Part shown: piece after piece, positions 26,074-37,671 of the stretch
Layout: every line of letters begins with the position of its first letter
Numbering within the stretch: the stretch's first letter is position 1
Origin: Lama glama
Taxonomy: Eukaryota
Direction: 5' to 3'
Assembly: GCA_028534125.1 (NCBI GenBank)
Contig: CM052818.1
Span: 42,348,231-42,412,000, forward strand
DNA length: 63,770 nucleotides
Position numbers and translations under genes: made by a program
The notes under the pieces: model-generated
Told to the model about the DNA's origin: nothing
The model's database searches: none
Seen by the model: only the letters and a program-made list of their open reading frames with translations

Positions 26074-26140
26074 AGCCAGTGAGTGCTGTGAGTGGCAGCG
26101 TGGGTTGGAGGAGGGCAGTGTAAGGAGGGGGAGGGAAGCC
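26074..26140 (+). repeat. 67-bp exact direct repeat, copy 2 (probable donor)
   Basis: Identical to 24976-25042; offset 1098 bp. Confidence 0.97.
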
Positions 26141-26149
26141 GCATCTGAC

Positions 26150-26350
26150 GTCAGTATGTACCACGTGCCCTACACGCGTCATCTCATAAACTTCATAACA
26201 ACCATGAGGGTGGGTGATGCTGCCCTTTCTTGTGGATCAGAAAACTTCGGCTCAGGGACGTTGAGGGACTTCCCCCAGACTGCTGGCATGTAAGTGGCGG
26301 AGCCAGGTTTGGATCCTAATTCTGTCATATTCTGAAACCTTGTTCTCAAC
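26150..26350. mobile_element. MIR SINE relic
   Basis: ggctcagggacgttgagggacttcccccagac...gtaagtggcggagccaggtttggatcc. Confidence 0.65.
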
Positions 26351-28542
26351 ATGCTTTTTATCCAAAAGCTGTAGCTCCATTTTACAGATACATTTAGACA
26401 TCATTCATTCAGTTACTGCACCTTAAATAGTCTGACTTAAAGCTGATAGCATTACTGATGTGTGGAAGCTGGCTGAGCAACGAGGGGATGGTCATTAGAA
26501 ATACAGAACTGAGGTGGTTCTGTAGGGGCAGCAACCTAGAAATGGTTCCATCTGTAAAGCATCTAAAGGATGAAGCGGCATGACCTGGGGATCAGCTCGA
26601 GTGTCCCAGGACTCTGCGCATCTTGTCTGTAAATGGACACATGTGCAGAATGAAGCCGTGCCTTGTGCACGTCAGAGACTGAGGAAGGACACCCACACGT
26701 GTCTTCCCAGAGCAGACGTACTGTGTGCTCTGTGCTTCACAGGTGTGCGTAGTTTGGTTCCTTCGGGCTCTAAGGAAGCCCACCTCTGGCTGCATCAGTT
26801 AATGGGTCATTACAGTGAGCATAACAGGAGCCAGCACTGAGAATATGAGAGAAAGGACTCCTCAGTGAGCGAGGCCTCCCGAACAGCTGACCGGTCATGA
26901 AATGAAGGCGTGAACCTGCCGACACACCCACACATCCTCCAGCTCTCACACGCACACACAGACATCTTAATTGCTCACAGTAAAATTTCCCAGGAGAGGG
27001 ACCTTTCTGGTTGCATATCACTCTCCAGCGTAGAGCAACCTTTAGGACAGAGCCCTGGGCCACCACACGGTCATTGTCCAGCCTCCATGTGGCTGCAGTC
27101 GGCTGCAGGGCTCCTCCCTGGTCCCCTTAACTGTGCCCAGATTCTGAAGAGGTGTGTTGCCAAGCGGATGACCTGTTTTTGACAGGCCCCCTGGCTGCTT
27201 CCTCAAAGAGGCATTGTGGGTGTGGCATTCACTCTGAATAATGTGACCCGGAAAAAAGCCTAAGAATTGCCCCTTCGGTGCCCATCAGTTTCACGCTATA
27301 ATAACACGGGGAACTAAAGTTTCCTTCCAGAAGTCTGTCACAGTCATCCAGGCTGTGCCTCGCTACGGGTGTCATTTGACCATTTCCTTCCCTCTGCCTC
27401 TTCACAACCAGCCTTCAGACAAGATTCTGTAAGAGGACGAAGACAGTATTTATTGTAATGTTACCTTGTGAATTGTCCTGCCAGCTCGGTGAAGTAAATA
27501 ATTTTATCATCGCTTTAACAGGCCAGAGAATTAAGGCTCAAGGAAGTTAAATAACCGCTCCAGTGTCTTATGACCTAGAAGTGACCAGGTCAGGATTCAT
27601 ACACAGCCCTGCTTCCCAAATCTGGCTTTCCACGGCCTCCTTGCCTGAGAAATCTGGCTGCAGAAGCCCATCTGGGGTGACCATGATTATTGGCTCGACT
27701 GGCAAGCAGAAAACTCATTCTCTGTTTGTGCTTGGAAAATGATTTCAGATTGACTAAGGTGATAATTTAGTAAGAGAGACTGAGAATTGGCCCAAGGCCA
27801 TGTGTGTGGTCCAGTCATAAATGGTGATGCTTCTGCTTCTGAGGAGTCTGGCGGGGGGCTGAGCTGCTGTGTGTTTCTGTAGCCCCCACGGGCCTCTCCG
27901 CTCAGAAGAGCAAGAAGAAGTAACACTCCTTTCTGGGGAGCACGTGGGCTCTCAATTCACAGGAGGTGGAAATCTTGGGGAAGACAGAGGAATAAATCAA
28001 CAATCTCAGAACAACGTGCAGCAAATACCAATGCATATTTTAACATGAAAAAAGCAGAGGAGGAAAGGGGACTGAAAATCACCTCCCTATTGAAATGCTC
28101 TTTTCTTTCTGGCCAACTTCACAGCCCTGAGTTGTCTGTTGTTCAACCATAAATCTTCAGTGACGTGGGCTCCCTTCACTCCTCCATTTTCTGTTCACCC
28201 TGTAAGCTCCCGCCTCTCACTTAAGTGCCTTTTAAACTTATAAGCAGATTTATCTCCTAATTGCTGTTTTATAAATACTTTCTCTAGCCTGTGCAGCAAG
28301 GAATCTATAATGAAGAGCCATGCCCTCTTCTCTCAGCTGGTGCCAACAGCTTTTCCAGTGTTCGTACCCAAAGGAAAGAGCCCTGCCTAACTGCAGCCAT
28401 CTCAGGATGCTGGTTGCTTTTGCCTGCTTGACAGCCAGGCGGAGCTCTTCATAGATGGAGGTGGTAGAGAAAAATTAGTGAGATTCACGATGGATATGCT
28501 AGTGACCTGTGACGTGGTAACATTAAGGTAGAAATGGTTAGT

Positions 28543-28581
28543 AGTTGAGTTGATGGGCCCAGTTGAGTTGATGGGCCCAGT
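28543..28581. repeat. 18-bp perfect tandem duplication
   Basis: agttgagttgatgggccc twice, followed by agt. Confidence 0.95.
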
Positions 28582-29559
28582 AAGGAAAGGCCCCAAGGTG
28601 GAAGAGGTTTTTGAGCCGAGTCTTAATAACCGGGGAGACGTGTCATCAGTGCCACAGAGGAACCGATTAGAAGGAGCGGAACATTCCAGACAGACTGAGC
28701 AGTTTTACTAAAAGCATGGAATAACCTGGTACCTTCAGTTGACTACAAGACATAGTATAAATGGAAGTGTTTATTCTGAGGTGAGAGAGATAAGAAAGGG
28801 CCTGGTCATGAATGAAAACTCTTGTATACCTGGCTAAATGTTTTAGACTTTCCTAAGAATGAATCAGTTAGACATAAATTTTAAACTGGGTAGTGACTGG
28901 AGAAGGAACAGAAGGCAGCAGCCTGGACACAGGGATGCTCCAGTGTGAAGGCCATTGCAGTGTTTTACGGGAGAGATGATGGTGGACCAGAGAGACACTG
29001 ACACCAAACTCACTTGATTTGTGTTAGTTTCTGTAGGGCAAGCGTGCATGCTGTATCGCTGTTTTCATAATGCATTTGTATAAACATCCTTTGAGGATAC
29101 TGTTTAACCTTTTGGTCACTGAATCACTTAGCAAAGTTCCTTAATCATAGTACAGCCAAGCTTCACCATTACACCTGGTGTGGTGAGGGCTATTTCATGC
29201 CACCTGTATGTGTGAAAAAACTATGAGAGATTGATGCCACTTATCCGGTGTTAAAAATTCCCATGAGGAGAACAGAGTAAAACAATTCTAGGTTAACATT
29301 GACCCAGGAAAGTCTGGAAAACTTTCCTACATTAATATTGTGACCTTTCAATGTATGGAATTAAATCTTGGTTGATACATTGTGAGTTCTTTCAGTGGTA
29401 GCATGGTAATGGATAGACAGGTTTATAGTTGCACCTTCCTGAGTTCAAGCTTGACCTTGGGGGAAATACTCTGTCTTCTGAATTTCTTCCTCTGTATAAT
29501 GGGGAACAATAATTACTACCATATAAATATGGATTCATTTAAAAATGTTTTTAGACACA

Positions 29560-30060
29560 AGTGAAAATCCAATTAAATGAGTTTAACTGAGCAGAAAATT
29601 TACTGGCTCATGTAACTCTAAGGGCCAGAGGTAGGGCTGACTCTGGGATTGGCTGATTCAGCAGTGGGCGGTCATCAGGGAGCCGGTTTCTTTTAGTCTC
29701 TTTTCTCTGCTGTCTGTGGTGGTAGATTCACCATCAGGCTCTTGGCTTCAGAGTCAGTACACTGACCGGTGGTGTTTGGGAGCGACATCACTTCCTGACC
29801 CACATCCACCCAGGTAGGGAGGGAGAGCTCCATGCAAGCACCAAACTGAAAGTCTGAGCTTTTTACTGGTTAGATCACCCCGAACCAATTCCCGTGGCTC
29901 TTGGTATGCCAGGTACTGATTACCTTTGGCCTGGATTACCTGAACTGACCACTGTGCTGAGATGGATGACATCGCCCTGAATGGTCCATCAGGACTGACC
30001 CCGGAGCAGCCCTGAGTCAGTCCTGCACACACTGCATGGTGTTGAGTGGGTGTCAGGGAG
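29560..30060 (-). mobile_element. Old MaLR LTR relic (MLT1J/K/L-like)
   Basis: aatttactggctcatgtaact...ccagaggtagggctg motif typical of old MLT1 elements. Confidence 0.5.
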
Positions 30061-31359
30061 ACAGGCGCAGTGTCTGGAACACGTACCATGAGTAAGTTCT
30101 GTGAGGATTAAATTTAAAAACAAGTCTAAAGATCTTGATGTCAGCAGACGCTCAGTATTGGTCAGTTGCCCTTCTGGTTTTCTTTACCCCTCTTTCTGTT
30201 TTACCTACAATGTCCAAAAGTGGCATTTGAATTCCTTTCAGCCCAATTTCAGACACTAGCAACAGTTTAGGTTGGATTTGAATGATGCTAAATAGTTTTA
30301 AGTGTTGGAATAAGACCTGGATATTCATATTTACCCTTGATTTTGATATAAATTCAGTTGATCTACTTAAAATGAACTTAATAATAAGAATTTATGTTGT
30401 ATATCCGATACATGCATATGATAGGAAAAGATTTTTCAGTGGAAAATGTGAATGAATGCTTTCAGATTTTGTTAAGACCTGTACGTGCAGAGCAGCAGTG
30501 GAGGGCAGTGGTCAGTACTGACTGCAGCCGCGTTTCGCCTTGTTTCCAGCATTCTTCATGGCCCTCCACACTAAGATAAAGGTGACCTTTAAGCCGCTGA
30601 AAAACTTAGGAATGTATTAGCTTATGTCACTGCTGAAAGGGAATAGTAAAAAAAAAGAAAGCTACCATTTACACTTTGCTGAAGAATAATATATTTCTGT
30701 AATTATAGTACAAGGCAAAGATAAAATGGCCTCTGTGCCCTCATCATTCATTTTTTTACATTTTTATTTATTAATAAGCAATTGATAGTAAAGCAAAAGA
30801 ACAAAATTATGATGTTTATTTTGTTAAGTATATAATTGAATGTGACAAAACCTGCGTTCTTATTTTTGTGTTTGAATATCTCATGAACTGGAGTAAGGCA
30901 ACATTTTTAAAACTTCTTAATTTTATTTTCTGCTGTGAAATATTTAAGATGCTACTTCATAATGTTCTATATTTATTTTTAAAGCAGTGCTTAAAATATT
31001 AGACTAAGCACTGAGTTTGAAGAATGAAGAAGATATGGGTCCTGCTCTTTGGGTCTCATAATCTAGTGAGGGAAGTAGACACAAAAACAGAACATATCTG
31101 CACACTCAGCGTTAGCGTAGAGAGAGGGTAATGTCACGCTATCAGGAAAACATGAAGTGAGTTCGCTTTTAATGAAGTCAATTCAATCTGACTTAGATAA
31201 TTTGATACTTCATTGGTAGCCTCAACTTTTGCTGCCCCTCCAAGTCATCCTGTCATCACTGGGGCAGATTTGCAGCTGTTCCACAAACTCTTTGAGTTAC
31301 AGTCCGTTAGTGGATCCTGTAATAAGAGTGTTGTGATCAACATTAAAACCGAACAAACA

Positions 31360-31527
31360 TAGGTAAACAACGTTTCTACTGTAGAGCACAAGGAACTGTG
31401 TTCAATATCTCATAGTAACCTGTAATGAAAATAATATGAAAACCAATGTATGTATGTACACCTGTGACTGAAACATTATGCTTTATACCAGAAATTGGCA
31501 TAACATTGTAAACTGACTACTTCAGTT
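31360..31527 (+). mobile_element. Short L1 3'-UTR terminal fragment
   Basis: ctactgtagagcacaaggaact...caatatct...gtaacc...ataacattgtaaactgactacttca, homologous to the other young L1 ends in the window. Confidence 0.8.
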
Positions 31528-31555
31528 TTATATATATATCTCTTGAGCAAACGCA

Positions 31556-31648
31556 GGGGGGAGGGTATAGTTCACTGGTAGAGTGTGTGCTTAGCATGCA
31601 TGAAGTCCTCGGTTCAATCCCCAGTACCTCCATTTAAAAAAAAAAAAT
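31556..31648 (+). mobile_element. Vic-1-like SINE (short-tail form)
   Basis: ggggggagggtatagttcactggtagagtgtgtgcttagcatgcatgaagtcctcggttcaatccccagtacctcc followed by poly(A). Confidence 0.9.
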
Positions 31649-32353
31649 GAACAAACAGAAAAGATCATGAGACTGTAGATTATTAAAATGAGAAAATACC
31701 AGATTGTACCTCCCCGCAATAGGGGTTATATTGTTTCATAAAACTTTTGTTGGCTTTTAATATGTGCATACGTGTAAACACATATATTGTGGTACTAAGT
31801 TTTGATACACAATGTGTTTCTTACTATGGGTCTTGGGCAAAAATTTTCGGAAGCAGCTGGGTCCACTCAGGCACCTGGCTGCAGGCAGCGTTGGGGTGTG
31901 TGCTCGGGCAGGCAGCACAGGGCAACAGAGCCATGTCTTTTCGTTCTTTTGTGTTTAAGATTTAAACCCAGAACTGCCTTCTGCTTTCACCCCTCCCCCA
32001 AACCTGGCTGGACCCCTGCAGTGACCTCCTTACTGCCCCTCAGCTCCCAGTCCTGGGAGCCGCCTCCAGCCAGATCCCACGTCCACCACCAGCCAGTTGG
32101 AATTAACCATGAGAAGCCTGTACAAAATACAGGTTTCTCTCCACCAGTGCCCTTGCCTTCCCCAGCGTCACGGAGAGCCAGTGAGTATAACAAGGCTGAG
32201 GAATTTACATTTTTGAAGTAGCTCCGTTGATTCCAGTACAGATAGGCTAAAAATCACACTGCAGGGGAACAGTGCCCCCGAGCAGCAGACTTAACTTTCT
32301 ACTCATGTGCCTAAGAGAATTTAAAGTAGCTGGTTATCCTCTCACACGCTCGC

Positions 32354-32700
32354 TGCCTTAGTCCATTCCAGCTCTGTAACAGAACGCCACAGCCTGGGCA
32401 GCTTATAAACAGCGGAAATCTATTGTTTACAGGCCTGGCAACTGGGCGTCCAAGGCAAAGGAGCCATCGTGGTTGAGTTGAAAGTCCTTTTCTTGGTTCA
32501 TCGTAGGTGCCTTCTCACCATGTCCTCACGTGTTGAAAGGGGCTGGGGGCTTTCTGGAGCCTCTTGTATGAGGCACTGATTTCATTCATGAGGGCCCCAC
32601 TCCCCATCTCCCACAGGCCCCACCTCCTAATCCCATCACCTGTGGGGGCTGGGATTTCAACATGTGAATTTTGAGGGACACAAACCTTCAAACCATAGCA
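32354..32700 (-). mobile_element. MaLR solo LTR (MLT1A/MLT1A0-like)
   Basis: Ends tttcaacatgtgaattttgagggacacaaaccttcaaaccatagca, the reverse complement of the recalled MLT1A 5' end. Confidence 0.8.
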
Positions 32701-32927
32701 CTTGATATCTAAAATCTTCTATCATTTTAATCGGTCACAAAGGATGATCTAATTCTCAATATTTTAAATATTGACATTTAAAGTAAACCTGTTATGTGGC
32801 TCTATTTATGTCCAGGGTAATCTGTGGTAACATAGTGATTTGGTCTCTACCACTGACCCTTTAAAAAGTACGAGATCGAGCCCATCTTCAGCAGTAAAAG
32901 TTGAATCTTTCCTTTTTCTCAGGCCAC

Positions 32928-33600
32928 TTGTACTCCGCTTCTTTCATCAGAGAGAAATAAAGCTAGACACTAGTTAAGAGGGTAAAGGCGGTTTTATTGA
33001 GTGATAAGCACTGCCGTGGAGAAGAGAGTTCACATAAACTGCATCCAACTTCACAGAAAGAAAAGGCGAATGACTTGAAGTGCTGGGATGCGCTGAGGGA
33101 CTGCAGGGGATGAGGGGCAGGACCGGTCCACGTGACTGGGCAATCTAGGTTTGCCCACTGACACTTACCTGGAAGAGAAGCAAACTTCTCATATCTCTGT
33201 GACAGGGGACAGGTGTGCAGATTGGAGCAAGGGCACCCACTGAAGTCAGCAAGGGCCACCTCCTTGAATGCTTGCATTTCGAAGAGATGGCTTCCAGGTC
33301 CTTGATGAGTCATTTCTGGGTGGTACACCATTTATATCTCCAAAGTGGCAGAGAAAGGATTTAGAATTACACATTTTCTAAGGTAACTGCTCCAAGAGAG
33401 GAGTCAGAGGGTTTTGACTGGAACAGACTAAATTCTGCTGGCAGCATTGAGCTTTGTCAGGCAGGCGTTTTAAGAGAGACTCCGTCATCCTAGAGACAAG
33501 GCCTTAAGCCGCCAGAAGTCATGCCTCAAGTGCTGTTTGGTCCAGTTTCTTAGTAAAGGAGTTTAGATGGAGGCATTTTGTGCGAGAGCTTTTGTAGTTT
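32928..33600 (-). mobile_element. Probable ERV-class solo LTR (family unassigned)
   Basis: Minus-strand AATAAA near 32993 and LTR-like motifs (ggcagagaaaggatttagaattacacattttctaagg). Boundaries approximate. Confidence 0.45.
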
Positions 33601-35269
33601 GCTTTTATATAATTTTCATCGTAATGCAAGTTGTTTTTATGCTTAAAGTCTTGTTTCTCCGCATCAAAAATAGTTATATAAATAGAAATTAACATTAAAG
33701 TGTTTCTTGTGATCATAGGGCTCTAAGATTTTTTTAAAAATTATTCTTGTGTTATTTTTCAATTATTGCAGTATGTATTTGATCAGAACAACAAAGATGT
33801 GTTAATTTTTGAAAAATGAGTATTCATTACCCCCCCAAATTATATTTAAATTGCACCTCTTAATAATTTTGCCCTTGATTTTCCCATTATTTTATGGAGT
33901 TGCTTAGTAATGTAAACCGAATGCAAACCCTGACTTTTTCACCTGACTCTGTAAGTAGCAGCTGGGTTTTCTTAAGTCGCCTGCCATTTCTTGAACGGCC
34001 TTATCTTCAAGGTCATGCTGTGTTCATTTTTAAAAGGAAAAAAAGAAGCACCTGCTTTGCAAGATTTATCAGCCTGAAGGTACCTGCACACAAGGAAGGT
34101 TGTCTTGGTGGATTTTGAAACAAGCCATTACCTGAAAACGGTGGCCCTGATGGCATCACTCTTCTGCATAAGCGCCATCCTGTCAGCCTGGCACAGGGGC
34201 CCTGCAGTTAGCACCACTGCTTCGTCCTCCTCGGCTCTGACAGGCCTTAGGACTAGCCACCCCCAGCAAACCCAGCCTGCCTCCCAGCGCCCCCCCCACC
34301 TCCCGTGGGGACAGAGCACCCCCTCCCGGGCCCTCCACTGCGGTGCTGTTCACCCTCCTGCACGTGTATAATGATCGTGCTTCTTTGTAATGTCTTTCCA
34401 CCTAGACTCTGACATACCCAGGGGCAGGGACCTCATCTAATTTTGTCTGTGTCGCCAGCACCCAGCCCGAGGCAGAGGTACAGCGTGACCACTGGATGCA
34501 CGTCGAATGAATACACCGAAAGTCATCGCTGGTTTAATGTCCTTGAGCCTCTGCCTGCGTGGCTTCTAACTGCCGCAGACTGGCCTCTTACAGAAACAGG
34601 ATACTGTGGTCATTGATGAATTGGAGCCTTTTGGCATATTCTGGACCACAAGTTTCTAGGGACTTGTTGAGAACATGTTATTTCATTGTGCTTTTAAAGC
34701 TTTTTTTCCCCCTGTATGTTGATCAGAGTCGTTTTGTAATTTAACAGCTATTTTCTTTTGGTCTACAATGTGCTAGACATTGCATCAGTGCTAGGAATAC
34801 AGAGATTTAAAAAGCACAGTTTCTACCCTGAAGGATGACATTGTTTAGTCAGGGAAAGGTACAAGGAACTGACCATTCTAACACAGTGTGATGCGTTCTT
34901 GGATACAGGTAAGCTGTAGGAATGCACAGCAGTGGTTTTTAACCTGGGCCGCAGATGGTGTTAGGGACGACGTCTCAGAGGAGAGAACCCTGAGCTGATC
35001 TGGGAGGACAGCAAAGGCATGCTTCAGACAGAATGGCTTTTTTTCTTAGATAGCGATTAAAAAAAAAAAAGATTCTCCTACTGTGTGTTTTTAAATGGGA
35101 CCCGAATAAAACATTTCCATGTAATTATCCTCAGGATCCAAGTTTCCTTCAGCGGCTCCTGAATTCCTGCAGGTCAGCTCCCATAACTAACCCGGCACTC
35201 AAGGCTCCTTACAATTTATTCTCAGTTCATCTTTCCAGTTGTACCATTTTAATATTACTAATTGAGGCG

Positions 35270-35470
35270 GGGGAGGTCAGTAAACTGGCCTACAGGTCAC
35301 ATTCAGCCCATTTCCTGTTCTTACACAGCCCTGAGCTAAGACCGGCCTTTGCATCTCCTTAAAGGATTGTAAGAACCAACCAGCCAACCAACCAAAAGAG
35401 TATGTAACAGAGATCACAGTGGCCTGCAAAGCCCAACGCTTTCTCTCTGGCCCTTAACCCCCTGCTCTGT
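35270..35470. mobile_element. MER58-like hAT-Charlie relic
   Basis: cagccctgagctaagaccggcctttgcat...gtatgtaacagagatcacagtggcctgcaaagcc. Confidence 0.6.
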
Positions 35471-36444
35471 CAGGGAGGCCTGGACTCTGTAATGCTGAGC
35501 AGTCTCCTGGTGTGTAAGCAGGTGGACTGTGCGCTGGTGAGTTGCTGGAGCAGGGGACTTGCCAACAGACTGTCTGTAGAAGCTGGAGGAACAGATGTCC
35601 AGGAGAACTTCTGCCTGATTCCGTATTGAAACACGACTAGGAATTGGCCTTGCAAAGAAGAGGGGGAAGGGCATTTCACTGAGACAAGAAGATACGTCAC
35701 AACACCAGGGAATGATGAGAAGTCTGGGCACTGGGCGCTTAGGGTGTGGGTTACAATGACACTGTGAGGCTAGACGGTTACATGGGGCCAACTCGTGAAA
35801 GGCCTTGAGTGCCATGCTAAGGAATTTGGGGAGTTTATAGAAGGATTTTCCTGCAAGGGAATTACGTGATAAATGTATTAGGAAGATGAAAAGCTGACAG
35901 GTGGGAGGTGGCCTGTGTATTAGAGCAGTTGGTCAAATTGAAACTCAGCTTCCATTTTTTGAGACTTACTGTGGGTGAAGCATTCTGCTGATAGTTTGCT
36001 TACTGCCTCATTTAATTTCTTAAAATGACACTGTGTAGACGACATTTTTCACTTTACAGATGAAGAAAGTAAGGCTTGATGCATGTTGTCGAGTTGCGTA
36101 GTCATCCAGGCAGTAAGGGTTAAACACAGGTTTTCTGAGTTTCGTGCTCTTCCTACTTACCAGCCGTTCCAGGGCTGGTTGGCCATGGCAAGGTAAACCT
36201 GGACCTGTCTAAGGATGGAGAGACCCACCGTTTCTCCCAGGACCCCGCTTCCTGCACGTGAGAGTCGCCTGCCCTGTTTCTGCATGCTTGGCAGTCTGTT
36301 GCTGAAACCCTTCCATGCCCCCCAGTTGGCTAGGCGAGTATAAACATTTGGCTAGGTGGTACAGCCAAATAATTTCCCAAACTCATATTTCTTTGAAAAA
36401 CAAGTGTAAGTGAATAGGAAGGATTCACTAACCTAGATTCTTTT

Positions 36445-36873
36445 TTTTCCCATTTTTTTTAAATTGAAGTATAGTCTACAATGTTGTATTAATTTCTGGT
36501 GTACAACATAATGTTTCAGTCATACATATGTTTCTTTTCATATTCTTTTTCATTATAGGTTACTATAAGATATTGAATATTGTTCTCTGTGCTATACAGA
36601 AGAAACTTGTTTATCTATTTTATACATAGTATCTGCAACTCAAATTCCCAATTTATCCCTTCCCATCCCCTTCTCCCCTCCCGCTCCCCCTGCCCCGGTA
36701 ACCATAAGTTTGTTTTCTATATCTGTGAATCTGTTTCCTTTTTTGTGTCATTTTTATAGATTCCACGTATGAGTGATATCAAATGGTATTTGTCTTTCTC
36801 TTTCTGGCGTACTGTGCTCAGACTGACGATCTCCAGGTCAGAGAAGCTGTAGTGTGTTTACACAGTGGAATAC
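36445..36873 (-). mobile_element. Young 5'-truncated L1 with a 5' inversion
   Basis: Poly-T then aattgaagtatagt (L1 3' end, antisense). 13-bp TSD cctagattctttt at 36432-36444 and 36874-36886. The last ~34 nt read in the opposite orientation. Confidence 0.88.
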
Positions 36874-37452
36874 CCTAGATTCTTTTGCCCTTGCTTTTTG
36901 TTCAGCGCTCAGCCAGCGTGCACTCCGTCATCCTCTGTGGGAGCCTATGGCGAGCAGACATGACAGAGTGGGGGCTGTGTGATGCGCAGTGGAAGGGAGC
37001 ACTTGGCTTGGTGACCAAGGAGTCTGATCTCTGACTTTCACTCTCCTCACTCTCATCATGAACCCAGACTGTCACCTAACCTCGCTGGGGCTCAGTCTTG
37101 CCATCCACATAATGGGGGAATGCAGGGAGGTCTGCCTGAACTAAGTAAGCATGAGTTCTAGGATCTTGTATTTCTCAATCACAGAAAGGAGGTTATTAGC
37201 ATTTTTAAAAATCTGTATTTACTAATTTAATAGTACAAGTGATACCTCACTGTTTTTGTTTTATTCACGTAAGAAAAAAGTAGTGTAGCAAAAGTCCTAT
37301 TCACTGAAGTTGTAAGGAAGTTGTAAGTATTAAAATTTCACATTTGTTCTCTTTGTCACACTAATACCTTATTAAATATGCCAGAGCTAATAATGTAGGG
37401 TGATTTGTGTCACTCTTGTTCAGTTGCCTTTTTTTTTTTTTTTTGGCTAAAG

Positions 37453-37671
37453 TTCTCTGTGGAAGCACGTAAAGAAATGACTGGAAAGGCTATTAAGGCA
37501 GTCAAACATTTTATTGAGAAACCAAGGAAAAGAAGTTCAGAAGAAGATGTTCAAGAAGCTATCGATTCAAAAACGACCTACACGGATGCCTTGGATCATC
37601 TGGAGAAATCACTGGCTCACCTGGAAACCCTCAACCACAGCTTCATCGTTTCTCTGAGGACTAGCGAGCAG
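37453..37671 (+). CDS. NBAS: NBAS coding exon (about exon 45), 219 nt, phase 0/0
   Basis: Poly-T tract then ctaaag|; donor CAG|gtactg. Encodes FSVEARKEMTGKAIKAVKHFIEKPRKR...SLRTSEQ. Confidence 0.96.

Noticed and set aside
24761..26293. Shared peptide ASECCEWQRGLEEGSVRRGREA in two ORFs suggesting paralogous genes
   Set aside because: Explained by the 67-bp DNA duplication; the flanking ORF sequence is LTR, L2 and MIR.
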